A DNA stretch of 55,524 nt, filler included, from Bacteriovoracaceae bacterium (GCA_018649885.1; 3 parts of 3 records of this genome joined end to end with filler, not necessarily neighbours in it), one strand, 5' to 3'. Counted from the first letter of the whole stretch, positions 39,901-50,839 are shown. Translations and numbers: made by a program. The notes: generated by a model from the letters alone, not told the origin.

Positions 39901-40123
39901 AAAGATCCTTACTCTTTGTAAAAAATAAGTTTGGCGCTACAAGTTAAAATTTAATGGCGCTGAGAGAAGTCAATCATTACCAAAGTTTGGATTCATTTGA
40001 AAGAGCAAAAAACTTAAATCTGCTGCAATAACTCAATGTAAGATTTTGAAGAAATGGGATAACCAATTATTAAAAGGTTGGGCCCCCAGATTTTTCTGAA
40101 GGCCCAGTATGGCACCAAGATGA

Positions 40124-41899
40124 TTAGAATTCTTTGGCAAGTTTTCCTTTAAGATCAAGATCTAGACCTAAATACTGCGCACGCTCTCCAGTAAATTCTG
40201 TGGCCTTAAAGTTTTTAAGCCAACCCTGTGCAATAACAAATGAAGTTCTATGAACCCCATAAATTAGTGGAACCTCTTCAGCAGCAATTCTGTTAAGCTT
40301 TTCGTAAAGGGCCTTTCTTTCAGGGCCAGCCTGCATAATAGCTGCTTTCTTGAATAGAGTGTTGAACTCACTATTGTTATAGTTAGAGCCATTGGCACCA
40401 GGAGTTTGATTAGGACCGTATAGAAGCTGTAGAAAGTTTTCTGCATCTGGATAATCTGCACCCCAGGCAATCCCCCACATTTGAGCTGTTCTAGTTCTAA
40501 TTTTCTTTAGAAGCTCAGGCCATGAGTTCGAGCTTAATCGAATGTTAATTCCTAGATCAGACATATTTTTTTGGAAAAATTCAGCCATTTGTCTTGAAGT
40601 TGGAGAAGTTCCAATATGCTCGAAAAGAATCTCAGGTAAGCCTTTTCCTTCTGGATAGCCTGCAGAAGCCAAAAGTTTTTTAGCGCCTTCAAGATCTCTT
40701 CCTCTAAAAGGACTGTTGTAGCTAGGCATGAAGCCAGAAATCCCTGGAGGGACAATACTTTGAGCTGGCTGAGCAGTACCGTTGTAAAAAAGCTCATTCA
40801 CTTTCTTAATATCGTAACCAAGACTCATGGCCTGACGTAATTTTTTGTTGTCCTTAAATAATGGATCCGTATGTTGAAAAGCGCTGTAGGTAACATCAAG
40901 GGAAGCTGCAATATGCAACTTCATGCCCTTCTTATTCATTTCAGGAGTTAAATCTTTCGAAGGAGTAATAGCGTTGGCAAAATCATCCTTTGGAATAGAA
41001 TTAAAATCTAAATTACCTTTTTTGAAGTTAAGCCATCTCGTTTGCTCTTCTTCGATAATACTTACTTCAATTTTGTCTACCAATGGAATCTTTTTTCCGG
41101 CAGAGCCCAAAAGACCTTTTTCTTTATCGCCTTCACTTCCTTCTGTAGGATAAAACTTATCTCTGAAAGTAGGATTTTTAATGTAAGTAATTTTTCTTGT
41201 TTGAGCGTTAAACTTTGAAGTCAGCTGAAAAGGTCCAGTTCCCACAGGATGATTGAGAAACTCTTTTTTGTATTTTTCTACTACTTCCCTGGCAACAGCA
41301 AAATGAAATGGCATCGCTAGTGAGTAGAGAAACTGTGGAAATGGCTTTGTTAGCTTAAACTGAATCGTATACTTATCAAGAGCTTTAAGACCCTCAACCA
41401 CTGAAGAGTAGTCGACAACTTTCTTTGAAGAGTTTTCTTTTCTCCACTCATTGAGGCCTGCAATTTTTCCATCGAGAACCCACCAACCAGTTGATTGAAG
41501 TTTTGGGTCTGCCACTCTTTTAATAGAGTAGACAAAATCCGCAGCAACTAGCTCTCGTCCTTTTCCACCTGGAAAAGCTTCATTATCTTGGAACAAAATC
41601 CCTTTTTTTACTTTAAAAGTATAGGTTGAGCCATCTTCAGAAACAGTAGGAAGGGCTTCAGCTAAATTTGGGATGAGTTCGTAGGGTCTTTTTAAGTAGT
41701 GGTATTGCAATAGGCCTTCATAAACCTTCCCAATTTCATCTGATGCATACTTATCTGAAGCATGAATTGGATCAAAACCCTTCACGGCCATTGGTACTGG
41801 CATATGTAAAACTTTACCAATATCTTTTTTCTTTTTCGTACAGCCAACAAGCGCAATGGAGGCGGCTAAAATAACTACAGCTAACAAGGATTTTTTCAT
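40124..41899 (-). CDS. oppA: Family 5 peptide-binding lipoprotein
   Basis: Lipobox LVGC, YEGL, PVGTGPF, WGADYPD. Confidence 0.9.
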   Translation of the reverse strand: MKKSLLAVVILAASIALVGCTKKKKDIGKVLHMPVPMAVKGFDPIHASDKYASDEIGKVYEGLLQYHYLKRPYELIPNLAEALPTVSEDGSTYTFKVKKGILFQDNEAFPGGKGRELVAADFVYSIKRVADPKLQSTGWWVLDGKIAGLNEWRKENSSKKVVDYSSVVEGLKALDKYTIQFKLTKPFPQFLYSLAMPFHFAVAREVVEKYKKEFLNHPVGTGPFQLTSKFNAQTRKITYIKNPTFRDKFYPTEGSEGDKEKGLLGSAGKKIPLVDKIEVSIIEEEQTRWLNFKKGNLDFNSIPKDDFANAITPSKDLTPEMNKKGMKLHIAASLDVTYSAFQHTDPLFKDNKKLRQAMSLGYDIKKVNELFYNGTAQPAQSIVPPGISGFMPSYNSPFRGRDLEGAKKLLASAGYPEGKGLPEILFEHIGTSPTSRQMAEFFQKNMSDLGINIRLSSNSWPELLKKIRTRTAQMWGIAWGADYPDAENFLQLLYGPNQTPGANGSNYNNSEFNTLFKKAAIMQAGPERKALYEKLNRIAAEEVPLIYGVHRTSFVIAQGWLKNFKATEFTGERAQYLGLDLDLKGKLAKEF

Positions 41900-41950
41900 G
41901 ACATATTTTCCTTTAAATTATGGGGACAAAAAAATTTTCATTAATAGTAA

Positions 41951-41970
41951 TGCAGTTTGCACAAACTGCA
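41951..41970. promoter_or_regulatory. Perfect palindrome, candidate operator of the opp operon
   Basis: TGCAGTTTG-CA-CAAACTGCA, about 50 bp upstream of the oppA start. Confidence 0.55.
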
Positions 41971-42078
41971 ACGAATCTAAATGTATATTAAATATTTCGG
42001 GAATTTTCAATGAGAAAAGCTGCAAAGAGACAGGTGGTGACAAGTTGACACTGTTTCACAGCGTAGCAGAATAAAAAA

Positions 42079-42900
42079 TTAATTACTGCAGGATTTAACA
42101 AACAAATCCCAACTCATCAGTGGTGTTGAGCTAGACATATTCTTACTCAGAAGAGACCAATTCATTCTATGGTAGTACCCATCTTCCAAATTCCAATTTT
42201 TCATCCTAACAATGTACTTACCATTAACTTCTGTGGAGATTTGCAATATTTCTTCATTAACAAGAAACCTGGGTCCTCCATTTTTTTTCCCACACTGACC
42301 GGGATTTTCCTCGCAAAATTGGTTGCCTTCTTTTGCCAGTCTGACGATCACGCCCATCTGATCAAAAAAATCCTGTGCTGCAACCTTTTCTATACCCCAA
42401 GGGTTTTTGGCAAATGAACCGCGGATTCGATGATAAAAATTCCCTGAAAGCTTGGGAGGAAGGCTGGTTTGGTCAATAAAGAGAACTTCTTCACCAAAAA
42501 GAGGAAGCCTTATGGCGAGTCCCCATTTCTTTCCTCCATCAACAAATTGTGACTGGTAGTGAAAAAGGTATTTCTCCTTTCCCACATTAACCCTGCCCTT
42601 CCCAGTTGAGTCAAAGCATATATTTTTGAGAGATTTAGTGATCTCAGGTGTTAACTTGTCTGAACTGGAACGCTTGGATGAGAATTTGGAACACGAGCAA
42701 AGCAAAATCACAGCACTAAGAGCAGCAATATACCTGCAGCTGAATAATCTACTTTGTGGGACCTTCTGACGCAGGTGAGCGCTTATCTTCCAAATTTTTA
42801 ACGGCTTCCATAAGAGAGGATCTCTCCCCCTCATGACGAGAGTTTTTAAGGGCCTCAACATAGAACCTTTTGGCCATTTTATACTTTTTAAGACTCTCAT
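42079..42900 (-). CDS. Lipoprotein, possibly LolB/LolA-fold; true start probably downstream of 42900
   Basis: Lipobox LLCSC; beta-rich; directly follows the TPR gene. Confidence 0.55.
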   Translation of the reverse strand: MRVLKSIKWPKGSMLRPLKTLVMRGRDPLLWKPLKIWKISAHLRQKVPQSRLFSCRYIAALSAVILLCSCSKFSSKRSSSDKLTPEITKSLKNICFDSTGKGRVNVGKEKYLFHYQSQFVDGGKKWGLAIRLPLFGEEVLFIDQTSLPPKLSGNFYHRIRGSFAKNPWGIEKVAAQDFFDQMGVIVRLAKEGNQFCEENPGQCGKKNGGPRFLVNEEILQISTEVNGKYIVRMKNWNLEDGYYHRMNWSLLSKNMSSSTPLMSWDLFVKSCSN

Positions 42901-44650
42901 AAACTATGCCTAGGTGCTTGGTAATTACGGGGTCATTTGAAACCTTCTTATAGGCTTCCTTCAATTGAACCAAAGCTTTATCAAAATTGCCAGTTTTGTA
43001 GTAGTACCACCCTAAAGAGTCTCTAATGTAACCATCATTGGGCTTTAGCTCCACAGCCTTTTTTATGTAACTAAGTGCCTTCTTCAACTCTTTACCTTGA
43101 ACTAGCAGTGAGTAGCCCAGGAAGTTCCAAGCATGCGCATTTTTGGGCTCATCCTTCAATATGGCCTGAACGATATCGATGGATTCGCCGTACCTTTTTT
43201 GTTTCTCTAAAAGTGAAGCCAAGTAATACTTGTGTCCAGATGAGAAAGAAGCATGGGGCTTGGCCTTTTCGAGGGTATCTGAAGCCATTTTATACTCTAA
43301 AATGCCCTCAAAGTAAGAAGCTTTGATAACCAAAAATTCCACTGCAAGTGGGGATTTTTCATTGTAACGCTTATCTATAAAAGAGAAGAGCTTCTTCTCC
43401 CCCTCATTTTTGCCTGAAGCCTTATCTTTTAATGCAAGTGCCGAAAGCATTTGGGCAATTTGCAAACTGCTATCTAAATAGAGACCTGAAGTAACAGGAA
43501 TTCTGTGAAAATACTCAATGGACTGCTCAAATTCTTTGGTTTCCTGAAAGAGAGCTCCAAGATAGTAAAGCACCTTATCAGACTCTGGCACGGCCTTTAA
43601 AATGTCCTGAAAAACACTCTTGGCCATGTCAAATTTACTTGTTTCTGTATACAAGATACCGAGCTTCACCTTTAAGTTTAAATTGGTGGGATCAATTGAG
43701 CTCAATGTCTCTGCATAGGGGATGACATCTTTGTACTTTCCGAGGGCAAAGAGGAGATTGACTACCTTCCCTAGTACTACAGAATCACTTGGCGAATTTT
43801 TCAGAAATTTTTCATAAAGTTTTAAAGCCTGCTTATAATCTTTTTTCTCTTCATATAATAGTCCAAGAGCAACTGCTGCTTGATAGAAACTAGGCTCTAC
43901 TCTAAGCGAGCGTTTGAAGTGCTTCATGGCGCTTTTTCTCTTACCTTCTTCCATCGCCATTTTCCCACGGTAATAGGAAAACACACCTGCAGTTTTGATT
44001 TTTTTCTCGCACCGACTAATTGTTGCGACTGCTTTGTCTTTGTGTCCATCAACTGCATATGATTTAGCTAGAAAAATACAGGCATCTTCATTTTTTGGGT
44101 GATTCTTTAAAACTGCTTTATATACAACTCGGGCCTTATCTGGGTTTTCAAGCGCAGTATAAGTTCCAGCAAGTAAGAGGCCTACTTTCTCGTCACTGCC
44201 CTTAGTTACTTCAAAGAGCTCCGCCAAAAACTTTTGGCTATCTGTTATATTCCCAACCCTAATAAGCTCGACAGCATATTTAAATTTAACAAAATCATCC
44301 TTGGGGTTGAGCTTCAAAACATACTTGTAAAGAAGAGCGGCAGTTTGAAAATCTCCCTGCATAGACGCAGCACTTCCTTTTAAAAAAAGATCACTAGCGA
44401 GGTATCTAATTGTTTGATCACCGCTTTTAATGGCCTCATCGGCAAGCTGTGTTAGCCTTTTATCTAAGTCATCAAGTGTGCTTACGTTTTCCTTGGCTGC
44501 AATATCCTCTGGAGATGGCTCGTGATAACCCGAAACAGCTGTTCCATTACCACTCTTGTTTTGGCCTTTATCGTGATGTGTGCACGACAGTAGATAAGTG
44601 GCCAAAATCCCTGAAATTAACAATGTTTTAAATTTCATCAACAAGTCCAT
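42749..44650 (-). CDS. TPR-repeat lipoprotein
   Basis: Lipobox LLSC; many TPR units; NFLGYSL and DSLGWYYYK. Confidence 0.9.
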   Translation of the reverse strand: MDLLMKFKTLLISGILATYLLSCTHHDKGQNKSGNGTAVSGYHEPSPEDIAAKENVSTLDDLDKRLTQLADEAIKSGDQTIRYLASDLFLKGSAASMQGDFQTAALLYKYVLKLNPKDDFVKFKYAVELIRVGNITDSQKFLAELFEVTKGSDEKVGLLLAGTYTALENPDKARVVYKAVLKNHPKNEDACIFLAKSYAVDGHKDKAVATISRCEKKIKTAGVFSYYRGKMAMEEGKRKSAMKHFKRSLRVEPSFYQAAVALGLLYEEKKDYKQALKLYEKFLKNSPSDSVVLGKVVNLLFALGKYKDVIPYAETLSSIDPTNLNLKVKLGILYTETSKFDMAKSVFQDILKAVPESDKVLYYLGALFQETKEFEQSIEYFHRIPVTSGLYLDSSLQIAQMLSALALKDKASGKNEGEKKLFSFIDKRYNEKSPLAVEFLVIKASYFEGILEYKMASDTLEKAKPHASFSSGHKYYLASLLEKQKRYGESIDIVQAILKDEPKNAHAWNFLGYSLLVQGKELKKALSYIKKAVELKPNDGYIRDSLGWYYYKTGNFDKALVQLKEAYKKVSNDPVITKHLGIVYESLKKYKMAKRFYVEALKNSRHEGERSSLMEAVKNLEDKRSPASEGPTK

Positions 44651-44884
44651 TTGTTAAAATAAGCATAAAAGGAGCACCATTAATTAGGCAACTCCCACCT
44701 TCTTGAAGTTGATTCGGAAGTTTGTGACAAAAACTTAGACATAGTGCTTATTTTTTACACGATGCATACATTTTTTCCCACTTCTGATGAAACAAACAAA
44801 CCCCTTTATTTTCAATTAGTTATCCTTTTGCCCCAAGCTTTTTCGGTGGTGCTTCATTTTTTATAATCTTTTAGGCGCAATGGG

Positions 44885-44912
44885 TTGACATAACTACACG
44901 TCTATTGATAAT
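44885..44912 (+). promoter_or_regulatory. Candidate sigma70 promoter for the phaR-like gene
   Basis: TTGACA-16 nt-GATAAT. Confidence 0.4.
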
Positions 44913-45166
44913 TCATGATCAGAACTAATTAAGAGGCAAAGCATAAAACTTGAAACTATAGGGGAATCAGGTGAGTGTTTTGGGCTCTTGGCGGTACTTG
45001 TCAAAGTGAGTTAGCTGCGAAGCAAATCCACATTGACAAAGTGTGCATATAATAGAAATATGTGACGCCGCTCAAAAAAATTTATGTTGAGTAAACTGCT
45101 CGGAATTCCAATTGGGGTAATTTTTGGGTAGTTAAAGTTAGACTGATTAAATTATAGGGGAACTAA

Positions 45167-45562
45167 ATGAAAGACGTCAGAACAATTAAAAGGTACCAAA
45201 ACAGGAAACTCTACGACACGTTTCAATCCTGCTACGTGACATTAGAGGAAATCGCTCAGATCATAAGAGAAGGTCACGAAATCCAAGTAATTGATAATAA
45301 ATCAAAAAATGACATTACTTATATGACTCAAATCCAACTTCTATTTGATCAAGAAAGAAAGTCTTTAAGACCTCAAGACACTGAGCTCCTTAAAAGAGTT
45401 ATTAGATCTGAAGAAGGTACTTTGACAGGATACATCAAAGCACTAGAAGCCAAGCTAGGAATTGCTCCAAAAGCCGAAGAAACTGCAGTACCTGAAGGCC
45501 TTGGAACTTATATGACTGGTGAAGTAAACACAGGCATTGAAACTTCTAGTACGCTAAACTAA
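45167..45562 (+). CDS. PhaR-type DNA-binding domain protein
   Basis: IKRYQNRKLYDT...YVTL...VIDNK...DIT signature. Confidence 0.88.
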   Translation: MKDVRTIKRYQNRKLYDTFQSCYVTLEEIAQIIREGHEIQVIDNKSKNDITYMTQIQLLFDQERKSLRPQDTELLKRVIRSEEGTLTGYIKALEAKLGIAPKAEETAVPEGLGTYMTGEVNTGIETSSTLN

Positions 45563-45602
45563 TATAAGAAGGTATTAACCTTTTTAAATAGTGAAGTGTT
45601 AT

Positions 45603-46274
45603 ATGAAAAAATTAAGTTTTCAGAAATATCATATCGCCACTGCATTAATTGCAGTGGCTTTTTTTTGTAATTCAGCTCTAGCTGCTACAAAAACTACAGA
45701 TACTAGTAAAAAGGCAGTTGATCCTTCCTCCAAGGAAGCCAGTAACTCTTCAACTGCATCAGACTTCTTTGCAAATGGGCCAAAAAAACACGCTTTGGGC
45801 CTGGGAATCGGACAAACATTTCTCACTGGAAACTTTGCTGACAATGGCGAAGATAAGATCACTTTTGATGTCATGTATTCATACAATGCAAGTTACTCGT
45901 TCGATGTATTAGCCGATTTATACTATTCCAAACATCAACTAGGAGAAAAATCAGTTACTACTGCGGGTGCATCCTTTGGAGTTAAATCCAAATTTTTTCA
46001 ATTTGATTCCTTTAGTCCCTATGTTTTAGGTGGACTGGGTTTTTATAGACCAACAACAGTTAGAGACATTGACGGTGTCCTTACTGCCTCAACAAAGAAA
46101 GTTGTTTTCGGCTCACATGTTGGAGTTGGCTCTGATCTCAAACTCAATGAAAGGGTATCAGTGGGAATTTTGGGTCACTATCACAATCCTTTTGATGTTA
46201 AACAAGAAACAGGTGGTGATATTGAAGGCTCTTATTTCAAATTACTATTAACTGCAGCCTTTATTTTCTATTAG
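45603..46274 (+). CDS. Small outer membrane beta-barrel protein
   Basis: Signal peptide, PYVLGGLG, aromatic C-terminus. Confidence 0.8.
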   Translation: MKKLSFQKYHIATALIAVAFFCNSALAATKTTDTSKKAVDPSSKEASNSSTASDFFANGPKKHALGLGIGQTFLTGNFADNGEDKITFDVMYSYNASYSFDVLADLYYSKHQLGEKSVTTAGASFGVKSKFFQFDSFSPYVLGGLGFYRPTTVRDIDGVLTASTKKVVFGSHVGVGSDLKLNERVSVGILGHYHNPFDVKQETGGDIEGSYFKLLLTAAFIFY

Positions 46275-46276
46275 CC

Positions 46277-47086
46277 ATGACAGAAAACACGAACATTGAA
46301 AGGCTCCTGGTCTTTACAGGCAAGGGCGGTGTAGGCAAAACAACACTAGCAATGTGCATGGCCTGTTACCTAAAAGAGCAGGGAAAAGAAGTCCTTTATG
46401 TCAGCTTTGAAGAGCCCGAGGACGTGGAGATTTTCTTAAAACTGGGAATAAAGAAAAAAACTTTGGAAGTAGCAGCCTCTGCTGAGGGTTATGTGGGAAA
46501 AAAGCTTGGCTCCAAAACTTTGGCGAGATGGGTTTGTGAGACAAAATTTTTTAAGTCTCTGCTGAACATGCTACCTGGGTTTTCATATGTCATTTTACTG
46601 GGAAATATTTTGGAGCTGTTGCACAATGATGAAAATCTCCACATCGTTTTAGATTCACCAAGCTCGGGCCATGCAATCACAATGTTTGAGTCTTGCTACA
46701 ACTTTAAAGAAGTCTTCAAAAGTGGGCTCATTGTTGATGATATCAACAAAATGCTCGAGTATATTCACCAGGGATCAATACTAAAGGTCTATATCGCTGC
46801 TCTTCCCACCGAAATGGCAATTCAAGAAGGTATGGAGCTGCACAGTAGCCTCAAAACCATGGGAATCGAAAATATCGATATTGTTATAAATAACTCATTG
46901 GCCCACATGAAAGAGCTTGAACAAGCCCCCAAACTTCCCATGTCCTTGAAGGCGAAAATCGAGCTCGAAAAAAATGTTATAGAAAACTCAAATCAAATAA
47001 GTCAAAAAATCATCCCCCACTCTCTTGAGGTCAATAATATCCAAGTTATTAGTGACCTCAAACCTTCTGTAGGCCACTGCGCATAA
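46277..47086 (+). CDS. ArsA/Get3-like ATPase 1
   Basis: GKGGVGKTT, LDSPSSGH. Confidence 0.87.
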   Translation: MTENTNIERLLVFTGKGGVGKTTLAMCMACYLKEQGKEVLYVSFEEPEDVEIFLKLGIKKKTLEVAASAEGYVGKKLGSKTLARWVCETKFFKSLLNMLPGFSYVILLGNILELLHNDENLHIVLDSPSSGHAITMFESCYNFKEVFKSGLIVDDINKMLEYIHQGSILKVYIAALPTEMAIQEGMELHSSLKTMGIENIDIVINNSLAHMKELEQAPKLPMSLKAKIELEKNVIENSNQISQKIIPHSLEVNNIQVISDLKPSVGHCA

Positions 47087-47141
47087 CTCCTCGCATAAAA
47101 GTTGTCTGCGGACCCATTTTTCAATAGAATAGCGCAAGTTT

Positions 47142-48212
47142 TTGATAAAGGTCCCTAAGTTGAGTATTACGGCAAAGAAAATTGAAATATTTTGTGGAAC
47201 TGGAGGAGTAGGGAAAACAACCCTTGCCACTTCAAGGGCAGTCTATTTGGCCACGAAAAATAAAAAAGTTTTACTCATAACCATTGATCCTGCAAAAAGG
47301 TTAAAACAAGTACTAGGTATAAATGATGAAAAACCAGGGCAGTTACATCCAGTTGATCTATCAATATTTAAAAATGAAGGCGTTGGAAATTTAAAAGCAC
47401 TACTCATGCATCCTGAAGCGACAATGAGAAGGCTTGCTGTAAAACACTCCCTTCACGATGAGTTTAAAAATCCCCTCTTTCAAATTTTCACAAAACCCTA
47501 TGGTGGCATGAATGAAATTATGGCCTTGCTGGAACTTCAGTACCACCTAGAATCAAATGAATTCGACACGATAGTTTTAGATACCCCTCCAGGAAAACAC
47601 TTTATTGATTTTCTCTTGGGAGCTAGAAGAATTAATAATTTTTTCGACAAAATTTATGTTGATATTTTTATGCATCTTGGGAAAAAAATTAATCATAGTG
47701 AAGTTGGTAAATCGGGTAAAATCCTGGGTATGCTTGTTAATACTGGTGTTAAAAAACTTCTCACCTACTTAGCAAAAGTAACAGGAGCTGAATTTGTCGA
47801 TTACTTTGTAGATGCCGTGTCTTCAATTTATTTAGCAAAAGATAGCTTTATAAAAGGCTTAAGCCTTGAATTAGAACTAAAAAAGGTAGAGTCTTCAAAT
47901 TGGTACTTAGTGACTTCTACAGAGCACAACAAACTGAAAGATGCCATAAGCCTCAGCAAGAAAGCCTCAAGCTTTGACCATGAAGATCACTACGTGATTA
48001 TCAATAAGTGTCTAGCTGAAGATATCCACGACTGGGTTGCACCACTAGAAAGTGTGGAAGACAAAATAAAATCCTCTCTCATTAAAAATGAAGATGAGCT
48101 TTTGGCCATGTCAAAAGAGCACTTTAAAAAAATATTAAAATTTAAAGATATCCTCTCTCTCTCCCCACAGGAGCAAGTCAAAGAACTTGTGGGTACATGG
48201 GAATCGTACTGA
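47142..48212 (+). CDS. ArsA/Get3-like ATPase 2
   Basis: CGTGGVGKTT, TIDPAKRL, LDTPP. Confidence 0.87.
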   Translation: MIKVPKLSITAKKIEIFCGTGGVGKTTLATSRAVYLATKNKKVLLITIDPAKRLKQVLGINDEKPGQLHPVDLSIFKNEGVGNLKALLMHPEATMRRLAVKHSLHDEFKNPLFQIFTKPYGGMNEIMALLELQYHLESNEFDTIVLDTPPGKHFIDFLLGARRINNFFDKIYVDIFMHLGKKINHSEVGKSGKILGMLVNTGVKKLLTYLAKVTGAEFVDYFVDAVSSIYLAKDSFIKGLSLELELKKVESSNWYLVTSTEHNKLKDAISLSKKASSFDHEDHYVIINKCLAEDIHDWVAPLESVEDKIKSSLIKNEDELLAMSKEHFKKILKFKDILSLSPQEQVKELVGTWESY

Positions 48213-48225
48213 CTAGGATTAAAAG

Positions 48226-49446
48226 ATGGCAAAAATTCAAAATAAAGCTGAACTAGAAAATTTCATTGTTACTAACTGGAATAAAGTAAATGATTTTCTA
48301 GATCAATATTCAAAAGATCTCCCTCTTCCTATTTATTCAAGTGTTGATATTAGAGAAAGCTCTGAAAAATTTGCACCCGTTGATAACAATCTTTATCCTG
48401 CAGGTTTTAACAATTTATGTGCACTTGATATCAAAGCAAGTAGCGAGCGCTTTCATCACTACATCCTCAGTAGAGCAGGAGAGGCCAAAAAAGTTGGTAT
48501 TATCACTGAGTCACACACCAAGAATACTTTTTATCTAGACCACCTTCAATCACTGAAACAAGCATTAACTGCTGGTGGTCACCAAGTTTTCTTTATTAGC
48601 CTAGATCCAAATCTTTTTGCGGATCAAAAATATCTTGAGCTATCCTCAAATTCTTTGGGAGAGCTGACAATCAATTTGGCCGAGATAAAAGACAACCAAC
48701 TAACAATTATGGAAAGCGGTGATGAAATCGACTTTGCCATACTAAATAACGACCAATCCAGCCCAATAGAAGTGGATTGGGCAAACCTAAAAACTCCTGT
48801 CCACCCTTCTCCAGAACTAGGCTGGTTTAGAAGAGAGAAAGCGCGTCATTTTCACTTCTACCACCAGGTTCTCACTGATTTTTGTAATGAGCTTGAAATT
48901 GAGCCGACTTTAATGGAAGCGTCATTTGATTTTGTTACAGGTGTAAACTTTAGTACCAAAGACGGTCTAGCTGAGGTTGCTGGGAAAATAGATGAGTTGC
49001 AAGCAAAGGTAGGCGGCGATAAAAAAATCTTTGTCAAGGCGAGTCAAGGCACCTATGGAATGGGGATTTCTGTTGTTGAGTCAGGTGAAGACATCCTGAG
49101 TCTTAATAGAAAAGGCCGAAATAAAATGGATGTTGGAAAAAATAGAAAGAAATTTACCACAGTTGTGCTTCAAGAAGGGATAGAAACCATGATAAAGTTC
49201 GGCACCTCGCCAGCAGAGGTCACGATCTATCTTGTTGGTGGTGAAGCAGTTGGTGGTTTTATGCGCGCAAACCCACTAAGAAGTACAACGGGCAATCTCA
49301 ATGCAAAAGGGATGATCTACCAAAAATATTGTATAAGCGAGATTAGACAATCCTGCGAGCACCAATGCAAGGAAGCCGTTTATTCAATAATTGCAAGGCT
49401 GTCGACTATTGCAGCTGCACTTGAAACTAATGAAATTATAAGCTGA
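48226..49446 (+). CDS. gshA: Glutamate-cysteine ligase (ATP-grasp-type GshA)
   Basis: PIYSSVDIR, PVDNNLYPAGFNN, ESHTKN, GTYGMG, NLNAKG. Confidence 0.88.
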   Translation: MAKIQNKAELENFIVTNWNKVNDFLDQYSKDLPLPIYSSVDIRESSEKFAPVDNNLYPAGFNNLCALDIKASSERFHHYILSRAGEAKKVGIITESHTKNTFYLDHLQSLKQALTAGGHQVFFISLDPNLFADQKYLELSSNSLGELTINLAEIKDNQLTIMESGDEIDFAILNNDQSSPIEVDWANLKTPVHPSPELGWFRREKARHFHFYHQVLTDFCNELEIEPTLMEASFDFVTGVNFSTKDGLAEVAGKIDELQAKVGGDKKIFVKASQGTYGMGISVVESGEDILSLNRKGRNKMDVGKNRKKFTTVVLQEGIETMIKFGTSPAEVTIYLVGGEAVGGFMRANPLRSTTGNLNAKGMIYQKYCISEIRQSCEHQCKEAVYSIIARLSTIAAALETNEIIS

Positions 49447-49461
49447 TAACTGGAGTAAAAA

Positions 49462-50838
49462 ATGAAGCAATTCGATCAAAATGTCACAGACGTAATAGGC
49501 AATACTCCTATTATAAAGCTTCAAAAAATTGGAAAGGAACTTGAGTCTGAAATCTACGTCAAGTTAGAGTTTATGAATCCAGGTGGCTCTATAAAAGACA
49601 GAATAGGATCCTATATTGTTGAACAGGCCGTTAAAAGAGGTGATCTAAAACCTGGTGGAACAATTATCGAGGGAACCTCTGGAAATACAGGCGTTGGTCT
49701 CGCAATTTATTCTGCGATTCATGGATATAAGTGTATTTTTGTTATGGCAGATAAGCAAAGTAAAGAAAAAGTCGATACACTTAAAGCCTTTGGAGCAAAA
49801 GTTATTGTCTGTCCTACTGAAGTTGATCCAAAAGATCCAAGGTCATATTACTCTGTATCAGCAAGACTTGCAGAGGCCACACCAAATTCTTTCTATGTGA
49901 ACCAATATGATAACTTTGACAACAGAGACACCCATTACTATCAAACAGGTCCTGAAATATATGAACAAACGAAAGGTGAGTTCGATGTTTTCATGACAGG
50001 AGTTGGAACCGGTGGAACAATTTCAGGCATAGGCCGTTATCTAAAAGAAAAAATGGACCATGTACAAATTGTTGGAGTTGATGTTGAAGGCTCTGTTCTT
50101 GCCAATTACAAAAAAACTGGCCGAATTGAAAACTATCACTCTTATTTAATGGAAGGCCTGGGCGAAGATATGATTCCCAAGAATATTGACTGGGACATTA
50201 TTGATGACTTTGTCACCATTGGGGACAAAGAAGGTTTTTTAATGACACGAAGAATCCTTCAAGAGGAAGGTATTTATGCAGGAGGATCTTCAGGCGGAGC
50301 AGTCTGTGCGGCCATAAAGTATGCAAAAAGCCTAAAAGAGCCAAAGAAAATTCTCGTGGTCCTACCTGACTCAGCAAACAGATACATATCTAAAATATTT
50401 AGTGATGATTGGATGGCATCTAAAGGTCTTCTCGATTACCACCACAATATTGTGATTAAAGACCTTCTAACTAAATTAAATAAAAAAGATAAAGAATTTG
50501 TCAGCATCACTGAATCTTGTTGTGTAGAAGAGGCCATTAATTTAATGAATGATAATGACGTGAGCCAAATTCCCGTAGTAAGCAAAGGGGAAATTATTGG
50601 AGTCGTCACCGAAAAGGATTTATTAAACCCACTATTTGAAGGTGGACTAGCTCTAACAGATTTTGTTTCTGTTGCTTATAACCAAGATTTTTTAATAGCT
50701 GATGAGGATCAAAGACTTGAGGAAGTATACCAGTCACTAGTTGATAAAAAAATTGCCTTAGTAAAACGAGGGGATGAAATAATCAACGTCTTAACTCATA
50801 TTGATATTTTAAATTTTATTGCAAGATTGGATAAATAA
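49462..50838 (+). CDS. Cystathionine beta-synthase (PLP domain plus C-terminal CBS pair)
   Basis: NPGGSIKDR, TSGNTG, GTGGT; CBS domains. Confidence 0.88.
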   Translation: MKQFDQNVTDVIGNTPIIKLQKIGKELESEIYVKLEFMNPGGSIKDRIGSYIVEQAVKRGDLKPGGTIIEGTSGNTGVGLAIYSAIHGYKCIFVMADKQSKEKVDTLKAFGAKVIVCPTEVDPKDPRSYYSVSARLAEATPNSFYVNQYDNFDNRDTHYYQTGPEIYEQTKGEFDVFMTGVGTGGTISGIGRYLKEKMDHVQIVGVDVEGSVLANYKKTGRIENYHSYLMEGLGEDMIPKNIDWDIIDDFVTIGDKEGFLMTRRILQEEGIYAGGSSGGAVCAAIKYAKSLKEPKKILVVLPDSANRYISKIFSDDWMASKGLLDYHHNIVIKDLLTKLNKKDKEFVSITESCCVEEAINLMNDNDVSQIPVVSKGEIIGVVTEKDLLNPLFEGGLALTDFVSVAYNQDFLIADEDQRLEEVYQSLVDKKIALVKRGDEIINVLTHIDILNFIARLDK

Positions 50839-50839
50839 A

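Noticed and set aside
44651..45166. Riboswitch or ncRNA in the long intergenic region (GGCAAA...GAAA)
   Set aside because: I could not build the c-di-GMP-I stems by eye; an Rfam cmscan would be needed.
46277..48212. Arsenic resistance operon
   Set aside because: No arsB, acr3, arsC, arsD or arsR; two separate single-domain ATPases fit the Get3-like pair.
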